The notes: generated by a model not told the origin, from the letters alone. 63,061 nucleotides of DNA, filler included, from Licmophora abbreviata (GCA_900291995.1; 13 parts of 13 records of this genome joined end to end with filler, not necessarily neighbours in it); one strand, 5' to 3'; positions 11,295 through 24,117 are shown, counted from the first letter of the whole stretch. Made by a program: numbers and translations.

Positions 11295-12917
11295 CTACAT
11301 GATACCCGCTGTACAGCCAATGATCGAGGTGTCCTGTGAGACGCCTGGATACGCATCGCGAATTTTCTTGCGTAAGAAGGTCTGGAGGAAGTACTGGTCG
11401 GACGTAAGCATGGGTGCGTTGTAACCCTCGACGAACAATTCATAGAAGTCGAAAGCACCCGGTGCGTCCCAATCGCTGCACCAAACGGCATCGGCCGTCT
11501 CGAGCCCACGGCGGAACGAGCTTTGCGGATCAACGAGCGAGTAAAGCCGAGACATATCGTCGTCAGACGCGCCGAGCTGACGCGTTACGTCAGGCGTAAA
11601 GCCGATGAGCGGCTCATCGTTGGGGCGGGTTAGAGTGACGACATGACGTCCCCCAAGAGCATCGAGGACGAGTACACGCAGGGGATCGGTCCAGCCGCCT
11701 ATTGAGAGCTCGCCACTCGCCAACGGGACTGCGGCACCAAAGCCGGGCTCGCTCGTTGAAGTCAAGAGAATCGTTCGCCAAGTTGCCGCACCTAGCGGGA
11801 AGAATTTCTCGGTGACCACATCGCCAGGATGTAATAGATTAAGCTTGTGATCGACCCGCTCGAGGTCCGACTCATGGCCAAAGTAGCCAAACTTGACGTC
11901 ATCGAAGTCCGCGATGAACTCCGGAGGCTGTGCTGCAAAGTAGCGGTCACGGGAGGCATTCCACTCGACAATCGCGTCGCCCGTGAGTACACCGGTGACG
12001 GCAATCATGGGATGGCGGTCACCAATCGTATGATCCAGGCGACTAGGCGACGGAGGATCCTTGCGGTGGGCGGCCTCGAAGTCTCGAAAGAGGGAGGAAA
12101 AGCGTTCACCGCACGTATCACCAGCAGTCATTGGCAATGCTGTAGCCTCTTTCCACGTGAGGTCACGACTCGGCGCTGCACACTCATCCATCCAGTCGCG
12201 TACGCCATTGACGATATAGGCCGGGCCGAGACCAGCGTAGAAATCACCCAACCGCCCAAACAGTCGGGCAACGAGGTCAATGTTGAGGATACCGGGACGG
12301 ACGACGACAGATGCATTGTCAACCTGGAAGCCGATGGCATTTTGCAGTCCAGAGATCAGGTCCTGGATGTGGAATAAAGGGTCGGGAGACTGAGAAAGCA
12401 AATCGAAGACCTCTGGGTTGATGACATCAGTAAAGTCAGCCAGCACATTCAGAAACGCTTTAATCGCCTCTTTACGGTCATCCCGCATCAACTCTTGGAT
12501 ACCGCCTTCCGCAATCAAGGTGACAAGCGCGATGATCCTTTGCACGTCCTCGCCGAGACCGACTTCCGTGATGGCAGACATGGATTTGTAGGCGAGTGCG
12601 TGACGGTCGCGGAGCGTTCTGTCTGGACACAGCCAACGTCCTTCGCAGCTATTGATCCCGGGATGCATGTTGACGCTCTCGATGAGGAAGACTGCGATGG
12701 CGCCGGACGAACCACCGGCGGCGCAGCGAATCGGCCCGTAGTATTCGGTGATCCGGGCGAGCGACGCAAAGATGGCGGAGATGCGGAAGCCATTGCCGCG
12801 GATCCCCGTGCAGAGCTCCAGGTCTCTCCACAGCCGCCTCGCCCCAGCCGGCGAGATCACGCCGAGCACCGTGATCGCAAGGATCAGCGCTGGAGCGACC
12901 AACGATCGACGAGCCAT
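11295..12917 (-). CDS. Secreted patatin-like (GxSxG) hydrolase, intronless
   Basis: 540 aa with a signal peptide; GIRGNG glycine loop followed about 30 aa later by AAGGSSG, as in patatin oxyanion-hole and nucleophile motifs. The DGG motif is not canonical (SIGGWTD). Confidence 0.65.
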   Translation of the reverse strand: MARRSLVAPALILAITVLGVISPAGARRLWRDLELCTGIRGNGFRISAIFASLARITEYYGPIRCAAGGSSGAIAVFLIESVNMHPGINSCEGRWLCPDRTLRDRHALAYKSMSAITEVGLGEDVQRIIALVTLIAEGGIQELMRDDRKEAIKAFLNVLADFTDVINPEVFDLLSQSPDPLFHIQDLISGLQNAIGFQVDNASVVVRPGILNIDLVARLFGRLGDFYAGLGPAYIVNGVRDWMDECAAPSRDLTWKEATALPMTAGDTCGERFSSLFRDFEAAHRKDPPSPSRLDHTIGDRHPMIAVTGVLTGDAIVEWNASRDRYFAAQPPEFIADFDDVKFGYFGHESDLERVDHKLNLLHPGDVVTEKFFPLGAATWRTILLTSTSEPGFGAAVPLASGELSIGGWTDPLRVLVLDALGGRHVVTLTRPNDEPLIGFTPDVTRQLGASDDDMSRLYSLVDPQSSFRRGLETADAVWCSDWDAPGAFDFYELFVEGYNAPMLTSDQYFLQTFLRKKIRDAYPGVSQDTSIIGCTAGIM

Positions 12918-13370
12918 GGTTCCGCTCCGGTCGTCTGCCTGCCGTCTCCAGAACTTGCGAGAAAGTTGAGTGCGGGTGAAGCAGTACCGGTAGATATTGA
13001 ATATTCAATCAAAAGCATTGGATACAATTTACATAGAATGACCGTTTCTCGATATATAAACGCTATTCTTCTCGTAATCTGTGAATAAAGATACAGACAT
13101 GCACGCATATTTCATCTGCTCATTGCTGGCATTTCAGTACCGGTTTGGTACTCGCACCGGCATCATTGTACCGATGGCTGTCACTCGTGTATTAATTACA
13201 GAACGTATTTATAGATGGAGTAGCGCTCCCTCGCGCGCCGGAGCAGAACACAAACGGCAAAACGAAACGCAACAACGACAACAAAATCCCCAAGGTGCTC
13301 ACACAAACGACCGACACTTCTACACACACTTGCTCGACAAGCTGACAGGTTCACCGAAACAGTGTTCTAT

Positions 13371-15463
13371 ATGATGGCAGCCATGGCGAGGAGGACTTCG
13401 TCGACGATTCTGTGTCTCGCACTGGTGCTGGCACACGGCAGCGAGTTCGCCTCTGCCACATCGCACCTCCAGCAAGAAAAACAAGGTCTACGAGTGCGCT
13501 CTGCGTCAACTCCTCCATCAGAAACGTCCTCAGCGCCCAAGGAAGAATCTGATGCGTTCTGGAATCATTTTCTTGCTCGCGACAATGGCAGCGTCGTTCC
13601 CACCCCGTCGCCTACGCCGAGTCCCACACCTGTTCCAACGTTGGAACCCACGCCGAGTCCGACGCTGAGTCCGACTCCCTTTCCAACGCCAGAACCCACC
13701 CCAGTATCTCAGACAACTCCACCCGTCCCTCAAGGATCGTCAGCTCCCAGCATCACCACTTCAAGAGCCCCGACAACTCCACCAACGCCGATGCCGTCCT
13801 TCGCCCCCGTTGCCGATGGATCATCGGCTCCGTCTGCTGGAGCTACCGAAGAGCCGACATCGGCTCCATCTATGATGCCTGTTGCCGGTATCACTCCGGC
13901 TCCGACTGTTGAGGCTACCGAAGAGCCGACATCGGCACCATCTGCGATGCCTGTCGTCGATGTCACTTCGGCTCCGACTGTTGAGGCTACCGAAGAGCCG
14001 ACATCGGCACCATCTGCGATGCCTGTCGTCGATGTCACTCCGGCTCCGACCCCTGCACCGACGCCGGCACCAGTTGAAGCTTCGACGCCCTCTCCTGTCA
14101 GCATCCCGACACCTCCCCCAACTGAACCCGGGATGATCATCGCCCCCGACGATGGTTCTGAATGCTGGTCGAATATAGCAGAAGTGACCTTCAAAGATTT
14201 GGTCTTGTTTCTCGAAGACCCGGACTTTGACCCCAGCGTCCGACGAACCTACATCTTCTGCCCCGATACGGAGAACTTTATCGGATACATTGTTCCAGGA
14301 GGCTTTTTCGGATTCGAGCTAATCGGAGGACAGATCCCTCTAATTGCTCTCAATCCCAACCTGCACGTTCGATGTGGACTTTCAGGAGCGAACACTAACA
14401 ACTGTATTTTCCGAGGTGGTCAAGAGCAGGTTGGGAATCTATTTGACACGGAACTCTTGGAGATCATTCTACCTCTGATTCCGCTACTTGTTCCTGGTCT
14501 TCCTCCAGTCGGAGATCTTCCACCTGGCTACACCCCTGACTCGTCCAATTTGATTTTCGAAGGGTTCACCCTTGTATCATCAAACGACTTTGGAATGGAC
14601 GACGACGATCACTCGGTCATTACGTTTCCTGGTCCTGGCACGGACATGGTGATTAAAGATTGCGTCTTCTTCCGGAACCTCGATAACGATGAAACTGCTA
14701 TGGCTAGTCAAAGCGCGGTGAACCTAAGACGCACCCCAGAGGCCCAGGTTTCGGGTGGTGCCTTCAACTCAGTATTCATAGTGGACAGTTCGTTTGAGGT
14801 AGGTTTGGCACGGCACGAGCACCTAGACTCGATTGAATAACCCTCACTCACAGCCTGTCATCATTTGATTTCCCATAGAACAACGAATTCCGCGATGGTG
14901 TCATCATCACTAGCTTTGCTGGTACACCCCAAGAAAACAACGACCCGACACTTGTCGGTGTGACCATTACGGGTTGCAATTTCAGAAACAATATTATTCA
15001 AGGTCCAGCCAATACCGGTACCCCAGCAGCGATTGCAACTGAATTGCACACCACCGTATCGGTGACAAACTCCTGTTTTATGAATATTAACATCGAGAGC
15101 TCACTCGTGGATGCGGCAGTTGTGTCAAGTAGGGGTGGTATAGCGTCATACTCGAATTTGTTCGGGATGTCAAACACCCTTCCACCCGGTTCCATCTGTC
15201 CAGAGATTGCTCAATATACGCTGGATGTTTCCCTAACTGGGATCTCATCCACCGAGTGCTTTGAATTTGATGCCGAGAATTGTATCCTCGCTCTCGGACC
15301 TGCACGCTTTAACCGAGAGCTCGGTTTCCTTGACGCCAAAGATCAGCAGAATGATGTTTTGTCTGAGAAGCAACCCTTGCCAATGGAAGCCAGTTCTGCA
15401 GGTGTGACCAGCCTTGGCGTCCCAAGTTTGTTGTTTGCGTTGATTGGAGCCGTGTTACGGTGA
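13371..15463 (+). CDS. PST-stalk secreted family member 1 (exons 13371-14798 and 14879-15463), with hydrophobic C-terminal anchor-like tail
   Basis: Signal peptide; PTP/TSAPS stalk; conserved domain (ECW...RTYIFCP...LNPNLHVRCGLSGANTNNC.FRGGQE). The GT-AG intron 14799-14878 joins FE to NNEFRDG in frame. Ends SSAGVTSLGVPSLLFALIGAVLR. Confidence 0.85.
13842..14050 (+). repeat. About 3 copies of a 72-bp coding repeat (ATEEPTSAPSAMPVVDVTxAPTVE)
   Basis: gctaccgaagagccgacatcggc recurs at a 72-bp period. Confidence 0.85.
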
Positions 15464-17258
15464 ACATGAAGGTCTCTCGTTGATTGTGGTGCCTTTCTCC
15501 ACAGACGATGGTTTCCGCTTGTTTTATGTTTCGAAAGATCGCACAGTTGTGATCACTGAGTTTCTCTTTAGAGTGCAACTAGACCTCGCTTGCCCCTTGT
15601 ATCGTGCAATACAGTCTTCTAAAGACCACCCGTGTCATGGTCATCTTAAGCAAAGATATCATGAAGATTGCAACGTTTCTGTGTCTATTTCAGTGCTTTC
15701 TCTAGCTACGGTAGACCCTGCCGCGTTTCTTGTACTCGTACCGGTACCGGTACCTGGTATGAATACCTGTTGTGTTACTATAGCACCGATACCGCTGCTG
15801 GTTTTGCGAAGTAGGAACCCAAGTGGCGGAGTCGTGCACGAACGAAATATATTCTCTATTCAAGCATTACGATTCATTCACTCTTCAGTAATTAAGTACT
15901 CGACCGTTAGTTCAATTTACTGCATAGCTGGCGTGGTATGATACACACATTTGGTAGTGTAATATACGACACTGCACTCTGTCCACTAATGTCATAAATA
16001 CATATATATTCGTTACATACCTTAGGCATGACTTTTGGGGATTTAAAAGACACGACAATGTACATACAATATACGGAGTACTTATTAGCTAATATGGCGA
16101 GTGTGAGCTTCGCTAAACGCTCACTTTGTTGCGATATTTCACACTGCACTCCTCTATACGTACTACACCATCGCAAAGAGAAGAGTCGCGACCACGCCAG
16201 CGACACAGTGCCTAGCTCTAGGTATACATACATCCATCTGCCAGCCCAAGGCCCCCCGCTGANNNNNNNNNNNNNNNNNNNNNNNNNNNNNNNNNNNNNN
16301 NNNNNNTTAATTAATTAANNNNNNNNNNNNNNNNNNNNNNNNNNNNNNNNNNNNNNNNNNNNACAGTCTATGTCTCTATGTCTAGCTCGTATTGAAAACA
16401 GGCAGACTATCTTCATTCGAACTCACGCTATAGGTGGTGTTTGCCAGTAGAAGAAGAAGAAGAACATTGACAGATACCTCTTTTCAAACAGTACAGCACT
16501 TTCATCGATGTAGCTCACGACGGCCAGCATTCACTACTCGACTTGTTCAACAAATTCTCGCCGCATCCTCGTTGCAAGCTTACTGAAGGTCCCGCCGCGA
16601 CTTCATTTTATGCAGGCTGGACTGCGACCGCGCCTGCACGTGGACAATTTCTCGGTCATCATGGCAAGACTTACATCCCAAACGACAGTCCGGATCATAT
16701 CCATCACATTGAAATAACGCAGAACAGATTCGATCTTCTTCATACCCGAGTCCAAAAGCAATTGTAGCGCAAGTTTTGCGGTAGTGTTCTCTGCTCTCCT
16801 CCTTGCGCCACCCCATTGGAGGTCTTCATGTAAGTTGAGACTTGACATGATTATAGTCGTAGCGGTTCCAGATCCCATAATGTCTGCTGTCTTCAAGATG
16901 TGCTTAGCACATTCCAAGTAATCAATGTCAGGGATTTCAGCCATCCAGTGGATGACGTCAAGTTAAGCTATCCCGGTGGTCCTGGCAGGGATAGCGGTAG
17001 TGTTTCAATGTTTGCGACGGCGTCTTCAATTTTATCGTGCGCGCACGGCGCACCCGGGGGGTCGTCGGTCGTCCGCAATGTGCACCAGAAACTCTTGTGC
17101 CTTGTACAACCATGGCGGCAGGGCGCAGGAGAAGGGCCGCTCGTTCCGAAGGACTTGGCCGGGCGATGTGAATACTTAAATTATATGTTGTCGATGTAAC
17201 GGATTGTTAATACTTGGTCACGCTCCTTCGTCATTGCAATCTTCCTACTACCTCTTCA

Positions 17259-18665
17259 CTACTTTGGCAACACGAGCGGATTCATTTCGACACTACTCTT
17301 GCTCTTTTGACCCAAAAATTGAAACATACGCGGCACATTGTTGCTAAAGAGATAGACACTGCACAGAATCATGCCCGCGCCAAAGGAAAACTGAGAAGTG
17401 AGCGGCGTCCCAAACAAGACCATGCTGCAAGCCGTCGCCACAACGACACTGACGCCCGTTGCGAGTCCCTTCAAGACCTAGAGATCATATTTACGAAAGG
17501 AAGGAGAAATACAATATTATGCAGCATGAGTAAACGTCGTCATGGAGCCCACTGCTGCACTCGCAACACAGACACACAGACATGCACGTACATTATCGGC
17601 ATACTTGATGACAGCAGCCACCAGCATGCCACCACCGGCTTGCAACACTACCAGCAGCCAGACCCAATTCGTAAATCCAAACAAATAAGGCTTCTCGCCC
17701 TCCTCCGGTTTCGCCTTGAGGACTCCCTGCACCCATGCAATGACCAAGCTAAAGAAGGCCAGTTGAATGTTGCGCATCCAAAGACTNNNNNNNNNNNNNN
17801 NNNNNNNNNNNNNNNNNNNNNNNNNNNNNNTTAATTAATTAANNNNNNNNNNNNNNNNNNNNNNNNNNNNNNNNNNNNNNNNNNNNCGCATCCAAAGACT
17901 GACAGGCGGTGCTCCACTCGCCGCATCCTTCTTCTTGAGGACCTTTTCGAAGTAGACTCCGGCCAGCGCACTGCTCATGCAGGCAATCGTGACAGCCGTG
18001 AGTCCCAATGTGAGCGACTGCGCAGGCTTGCCTTCTTCGTCCTGAGGCTTGGTTTCACCCAAGACGACAATGGCAACGCCGACACTCAATATGACCAAGC
18101 ACGTCCACTGTTTCAGACTGTACTTGCGTTGCAACATTAAGACAGAGACGAGTGCGGTAGTGACAAGTTTTCCCTGATAAGTGACTTGGAAGAGGGGTGC
18201 CGAGAGATTGGAGAGTGCCGTGTAGAGCAGTGAGTTCTGTACCAAGTACAACAAGGCTGGCACCAAGATTTTCATGGCGTCGAGGGGATTGCTAAAGACG
18301 TTTTCTTGCAGGGACTTCCACAAAGCACCATTGGTGGCCATGAACTCCAGGCCGCAGGCGAGAAAGAATTTGGTACATTCTGCTACAAAAATCAAGTGAT
18401 TGACTTGGTAGAGTTCGTCCTGGGGGACCGAGGAGCGCGTATGGCGTCCCACGAGGACCGTACTGCTGTTCTGCAAGACCATGAGGACGAGGAGCATGAA
18501 CTTGAAATTGGCAGTGGTTTTGGAGGATTCGGCCGTCGTCATGTTGGCAGCAGGCGGTGTTTCTGTAGAAGAAGAGGGATTTGCAGTGCGACTCGTAGTA
18601 CCCTGGCTGCTCTTGTCGAGATCAATTATGACTTGGGGCGGCAGAGGCTTGTCTTCGGAGGACAT
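17259..18665 (-). CDS. Nucleotide-sugar transporter (SLC35A / UDP-Gal / CMP-Sia type), spanning the gap at 17787-17886
   Basis: Motifs VPALLYLVQN, FQVTYQGKL, AGVYFEKVLK, SLWM-RNIQL and KYADN|VLKGLAT (intron 17478-17591). Start taken at MSSEDKP (18665). Confidence 0.9.
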
Positions 18666-19064
18666 GGAAGATGCACGGATCTTTCTAGAGAGGGGCGATA
18701 CGTTGGAGGACTGATTCGATCCAGCAAGCAAGCGATACGCTGCAAAGAAGACTCCGACTATGAGAGGAGCAGCACAACGACGAGGGAGAGAAATGACCCG
18801 TGAGAGCGCTGTTCGAGATAACAGGCGCAAAACCAACGGGCATGCAGTTTGTCCTCGCCGAAAATGAAACAATTGGTCAATTTTGAGTCAAATTTGTTTG
18901 AATTTGAATTTTGAATCTAACCCGGATGCATTCCTTACTTGAGTCGAAGGGATCGAAGTGCGCGCCAGCTTTTCGGAACGGCTGTGTGGCTGTGATGGCA
19001 CCGCCCATCACTTTTTCACCGTCCACCAGCATCATTGCACATCAGCCATCAGCGCCACACTGCC

Positions 19065-21305
19065 ATGGTGCTCTTTCCAAAGTCGGCGGTGATCACCGTC
19101 CAAGACAGACCTACTGCTACTGCTGTGGATAGCGCTTCTCCCGCCGTCATTGCCGAGGAAAATGAATCCCCTCTCGTCAAAGTGTCGACCACCAGCGATC
19201 GCCGCCCTCCTGCACGCATGCAGACTTCCCTGAGCTCCTGGGACAGTGTCGTTATAGAAGACGACGAGTCTGAAGAGAGCAGCGAAGACGAATATGCCGT
19301 TAGATCTTCTTCTTCACGTGGTGGAATTGCCAGGATTGTTCATCAGGAGCCGTGGATTCAGGTGCGTCTCTCTCATGTTTCAAACGTTCGTCTTTCTGGG
19401 ATGGGATGATGGGACGTCTGCCTTCATGCCGGAGCGTCAGTACTGCACCGACCAAAATGTCCACGCACCAATCATATTACTTATCGGAGTTCGTGTATTA
19501 ATGTCAATGCATATGTGATTTTGGATCTGCTTGGCAGATGGTGTCGTATGAGACATGCTTTGTACTTATGGCGTGAAATTAGTCTCACATAATGAGACGA
19601 ACGAACACTTGCGTTTGCATTGTCTCTCTTTCCTTACCCTCCTCTCTATTCATTCATCTCTATTCACTCACACAACAGCACGGACTGTCCATCGTTGTCA
19701 TTGGCGCAAGCGGAGACCTGGCCAAAAAGAAGACTTACCCTTCACTCCTGGACCTCTTTGCCAACAAACTCCTTCCCACTACCACTGCCATTTACGGCTA
19801 TGCTAGAAGCGTCAAGACGCACGATCAACTTCGAGCTCAATTGAAACCTTATTTGAAGGAACGTCAGTACAACGAACGCACTTTGGACGACTTTCTCTCG
19901 CATTGCTTCTATCATCACGGTCAGTCCTACAGTGACCTGGCTGCTTTTGATGAGTTGCATGCCATGATTCGTTCGCACGAAAAAGCATATCCGACGCTAC
20001 CCTACCACAATCGACTCTTTTATCTTGCCATCCCACCCGATGTCTTTGGAGCGACGGGAAAGTCATTGTCCGATTGTGGCTTGTTTCGGAATGATACCAC
20101 GTCGGAATGGTCCAAGGTGGTGATCGAAAAGCCTTTTGGAAACGACAGCGAGTCTTGCCGTGTACTGAGTCAGACCATGAGCTCGCTCTTTGACGAACAG
20201 CACATGTATCGTATTGATCACTACCTGGGAAAGGAGTTGGTGCAAAATCTTTTGCTCATGCGCTTTCAAAATACGTGGTTGCAGCATCTGTGGAGTGGCA
20301 CTGTGGTGCAGAGTGTCGTGATTTCGTTTCAAGAAGACATTACGACTCAAGGAAGAGGAGGATAGTAAGTAGGCGTGTGTGTGCGTGGGAATGTTGTTTG
20401 TTTCTCGATGATCGAATTGCTACTAGTATACATCTGTGTGGTCGTTATGTGCTAACGCATTGGAGTATCGTTCTCTGACTTTTAGTTTCGACAATTACGG
20501 CATCATCCGAGACATCCTACAGAATCACTTGCTGCAAGTACTGACATTGGTGGCCATGGAGCCGCCGGAGTCGCTCCAGGGCGAGCAAGCGGGCAATGCG
20601 ATTCGCAACAACAAGGTGGAAGTATTGAAACACATGCCCATTTTGTCTCTCGACGACGCCTTGCTGGGTCAGTACGACACATATGCCGACGATCCCACCA
20701 TTTCCAACAAGGACACCAACACGCCGACGTACGCCGCGATTCGCTGCTTTGTCAATACACCGCGTTGGGAAAATGTACCATTCATCCTCGAGGCGGGTAA
20801 GGCCATGCCCGAACGCAAGTGTGAAGTGCGAATTCAGTTCAAGCCGACGCCTGGTACGAGTATTGTTAGTAGTAGTAGTGGCGACAAGACTCTGCCTCGC
20901 AACGAGTTGGTCATGCGGTTGCAGCCGGACCCGGCAATTTACATGACGACCAACATCAAGAGTCCTGGATTTGCGTCGAACACAACGTCGGTCGCCTTGA
21001 GCATGGACTATGGCAGTATGGCGCCAACTGGCAGTAGCCATCAGCACAACCCGGATGCGTACACGAGATTGATCCTTGACGTCTTGCGCGGCAAACAAGG
21101 TTCGTTTGTCCGCGATGACGAGTTGGAGCGTAGCTGGGACATCTTCACGCCGTTGCTCCACACAATAGAGCAAGAGGGGATCCGACCCGCAACATATCCC
21201 ATTGGCGCCGCGGGTCCGGTGGGACGAGTTGAGTTCTTGAGACGCATGGGTGCGTACGTGCAAGACGACGAGCGTGCAGTTCCCATGAGACAGTCTGCCC
21301 TGTAG
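19065..21305 (+). CDS. G6PD: Glucose-6-phosphate dehydrogenase (exons 19065-19361, 19679-20364, 20486-21305)
   Basis: GASGDLAKKKTYP, EKPFG, RIDHYLGKE and GRGGY|FDNYGIIRDILQNHLLQ restored by GT-AG introns. Exon 1 is less certain. Confidence 0.93.
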
Positions 21306-22091
21306 TAGTGGTACCCAGGTAGTGCGAGAAAGAAAGAAGAAACTCTGTATGCATGTTACATAATAATAGTATGCACGAACTGTACGAATACTCGTACATA
21401 ATATGAAGGCGCCCCAGACTTTGAAAGAACTTGGTGTAGACAGTCTGGCTGGATGTCTGCGTTCGGCGTGTCTCAGGCACTTTTCACCAACAAGGTTCGA
21501 AATGGAATACACATATCTGACAGCAGGATATGACGTACCAGGAACAAGTACACGATACAAGAAGTAACGCCTCCAACCCTACCGCTAGTAGGAACCTACC
21601 GGTCAGTGCAGGTCGACTACGGTAGTATAGTACGAGTATGCTACAGCAGTTCCGGGTACAAGGTATGATACCGGTAAGCGATGCATCAAGCAACATGACG
21701 ACAGCGCATTGTTTCTACGTTTTCCATGTTGGAGCAGCAGTGCACAGGCAAGAGGTAAGTGTCACCCTCTTGTATGAAATACTTTTCGTAAATCATACCA
21801 TATGCAAGCTTCAACACTCACTGCAAGTTCCCGCTCACTGTCTGCCACGAAGGAACAACTACGAGCTCCCATCACTCTTTTTCGAAGCATTGAACTTGAA
21901 CAAATATAATCTTTTATATTGTACGAGTAGTAGGCATCTTTTTTCCGAACACGCACTTGAATTTGCAGAAAACTTCTCCTCACTTTGTTGAAGTTAGAAG
22001 ATCATCCGCGGTCTCATCTGCATGTGAATGTGATACTTGCCACAATTCTTATTGCGTGTGGTACGCCAGTCAAAACGCAGCGAAGACAACA

Positions 22092-23327
22092 ATGGTGCGG
22101 CTTGCAGAGGTAACCCTCGTTCTTGCTATCGCCCTCTCGGCGACGGATGCGTTCGCTCCAGTCTCGCTTGTCCCCTCCTCCAGGACCACGAGTCTTCTTT
22201 CGAAGAAACCTAATTTCCGTCAGCAACAGCATCAGACTCTCTATCTTACACCGACACTTGAAGAACAAGAACAAAAACTAAAAAAAGTGATCGACGAGGA
22301 TGCCTTCGACATGCTGGTCAACAAGAATACAAAGGGTGCTCGTCAAGACACGGAAGAACGATCGGAGCGTATCTCGCTCGACATCTCCAAGACGACCTAC
22401 ACGTCCCTCGTCAAGAGTGCACCGGATGCCTACATTACCTTTGCCGAAAAGGGAGCGAGTAATGCTCATTTGCCCAAGCGGAAGATCTTCCATCAGTCTG
22501 TCTTGGGAGGCTGCTTTGTCGGCTTTGGTGGTTTGATTTCCCTAGCGATTGCCGGCAATTTGGGCGGGATCTCCGCCGCCAACCCGGGCATTTCCAAAAT
22601 GACCTTTGCCGCTCTCTTTCCAGTCAACTTGCTGCTCATCATCATGACGCAGGCGCAGCTCTTCACAGGAAACTCCGCGACAGTCGCTGCCGCCAAGTAC
22701 GAAGGCTTTGTGTCGTGGAAGGACATGTGGAACAGCTGGGCGCTCTCACTGACGGGCAACGTCGTTGGCTGTGGGCTCTTTGCAGCTGCCGCCATTCTGG
22801 GCAAAGTCCTCAATCCGGGTGCTGCCGCACTCACCATTTCCACCGCCGTGGGCAAGTGCAGTGTTGGATTCGTACCAGTCATGATAAGAGCCATCATGTG
22901 CAACTGGATGGTCAGCATGGGTGTCTTTTTGTCGGGCGCGGCCAACGATCTCACTGGCAAAATGGTCGGCTGCTGGTTCCCCATTTCGACCTTTGTCGGT
23001 ATTGGCTTGGAGCATTCCATCGCCAACTTGTTCATACTACCCCTCGCCTTGATGCTCGGTGCTCCGCTCACACTGGGAGATATTATCTTCAAGAACTTGA
23101 TTCCCGTCATTGTGGGCAATGCCATTGCCGGAGCCATCATTGTGGCGGGCAGTTATTCGTATCAATTTGGACGCCTCGGCGGTTTGAGACGCGCGATCTT
23201 TGCCCAGAAGCTAAGCAACATTCAAAAAGAGCTAGAAGAAAAGCGTGCGGCGGCCGATAAGGAGCTCAAGCAAGCCGTGTTTGCTGAAAAGCTGTCCACC
23301 ATGCAAAAGGAATACGGTCGTGGTTAA
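22092..23327 (+). CDS. NAR1: Plastid-targeted formate/nitrite transporter (FNT family, NAR1-like)
   Basis: Signal peptide ending ATDA-FAP; FNT motifs QLFTGN, AIMCNWMV, GLEHSIAN and VGNAIAG. Confidence 0.88.
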   Translation: MVRLAEVTLVLAIALSATDAFAPVSLVPSSRTTSLLSKKPNFRQQQHQTLYLTPTLEEQEQKLKKVIDEDAFDMLVNKNTKGARQDTEERSERISLDISKTTYTSLVKSAPDAYITFAEKGASNAHLPKRKIFHQSVLGGCFVGFGGLISLAIAGNLGGISAANPGISKMTFAALFPVNLLLIIMTQAQLFTGNSATVAAAKYEGFVSWKDMWNSWALSLTGNVVGCGLFAAAAILGKVLNPGAAALTISTAVGKCSVGFVPVMIRAIMCNWMVSMGVFLSGAANDLTGKMVGCWFPISTFVGIGLEHSIANLFILPLALMLGAPLTLGDIIFKNLIPVIVGNAIAGAIIVAGSYSYQFGRLGGLRRAIFAQKLSNIQKELEEKRAAADKELKQAVFAEKLSTMQKEYGRG

Positions 23328-23802
23328 TTGTAGTGGATGCATAATTTTTCGGCAACAGGAGCTGAGGTAATAGTAACAGGTACATACGGAAACAAGAGTG
23401 TTTGAACAAGCTAGGTCGTAGAGTCAGTCGTCTTAGTTTAGAGCTCCCGAGTCATATAGTGATAGCCTCTCTTTCGTCGTCGTCGTCGTCTTGCCATGCT
23501 TTAGCGTAGTCACACACACACACATGCACACACATGTATCATACCGGGTACGTATGTACTGGTAAAAAAACTACCTGGCGGTTGGGTTTATCATTGACCA
23601 CTTCGACTGTTACCTCCTGTCGTAGCTGCGGTACCAGGTTGTGTTAGCGATCAGACGATACGCGATTGCGACGAAAGTCACCCGTCTACTCTCAAAGCAC
23701 AGTGTGTAGTCTATGGTTCTCTATAGTGCTTCTATGTCTATTCTTCTCTCTCTATCTCTCTCTATGATGGGTCTTTTCGGTGTGTTTGTGCTCCGTCTCT
23801 TT

Positions 23803-24117
23803 TTAAAACTGCCGTTCCCGGGACGAAACTAAGGCTAGTATATGAGCCTCCATATGCTCCTCGGCAATCGCTTGCTGGCACCGATGATTGAATTCAGCAA
23901 GTTCTTCCTGCTTGGATCTAGAAGTATATGTCGTGCTAGTAGCAGAGGAGTGCAGGATGGGTGGGTTGAGAGTGCTCTTGTTTGCCTTGGACGACACGAA
24001 CGGAAGGCGAGACACGGATGCGGCGAATGGAATCGAAAAGGCCTGACAGTTTCGGGTGGCGGTCAACAGGATGAACAGATAGCACAGGACAGCCTTGCGC
24101 AAGGAAAACTTCATCAT
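23803..24117 (-). CDS. Small putative plastid-targeted hypothetical protein
   Basis: MMKFSLRKAVLCYLFILLTATRNCQA-FSIPF (signal peptide plus Phe), an S/T-rich transit-like region and a short charged mature part. Confidence 0.45.
   Translation of the reverse strand: MMKFSLRKAVLCYLFILLTATRNCQAFSIPFAASVSRLPFVSSKANKSTLNPPILHSSATSTTYTSRSKQEELAEFNHRCQQAIAEEHMEAHILALVSSRERQF

Noticed and set aside
13842..14050. Direct repeats as a possible CRISPR array
   Set aside because: In-frame coding repeats without unique spacers; eukaryotic context and no cas genes.
16363..17200. 113-aa minus ORF and neighbours
   Set aside because: No motif support; a relic cannot be excluded.
20517..21560. 347-aa antisense ORF over G6PD
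   Set aside because: Antisense shadow without recognisable motifs.
19065..23327. G6PD next to the nitrite transporter as a nitrogen-assimilation cluster
   Set aside because: Different predicted compartments, and no nitrate or nitrite reductase nearby; adjacency alone is not evidence.
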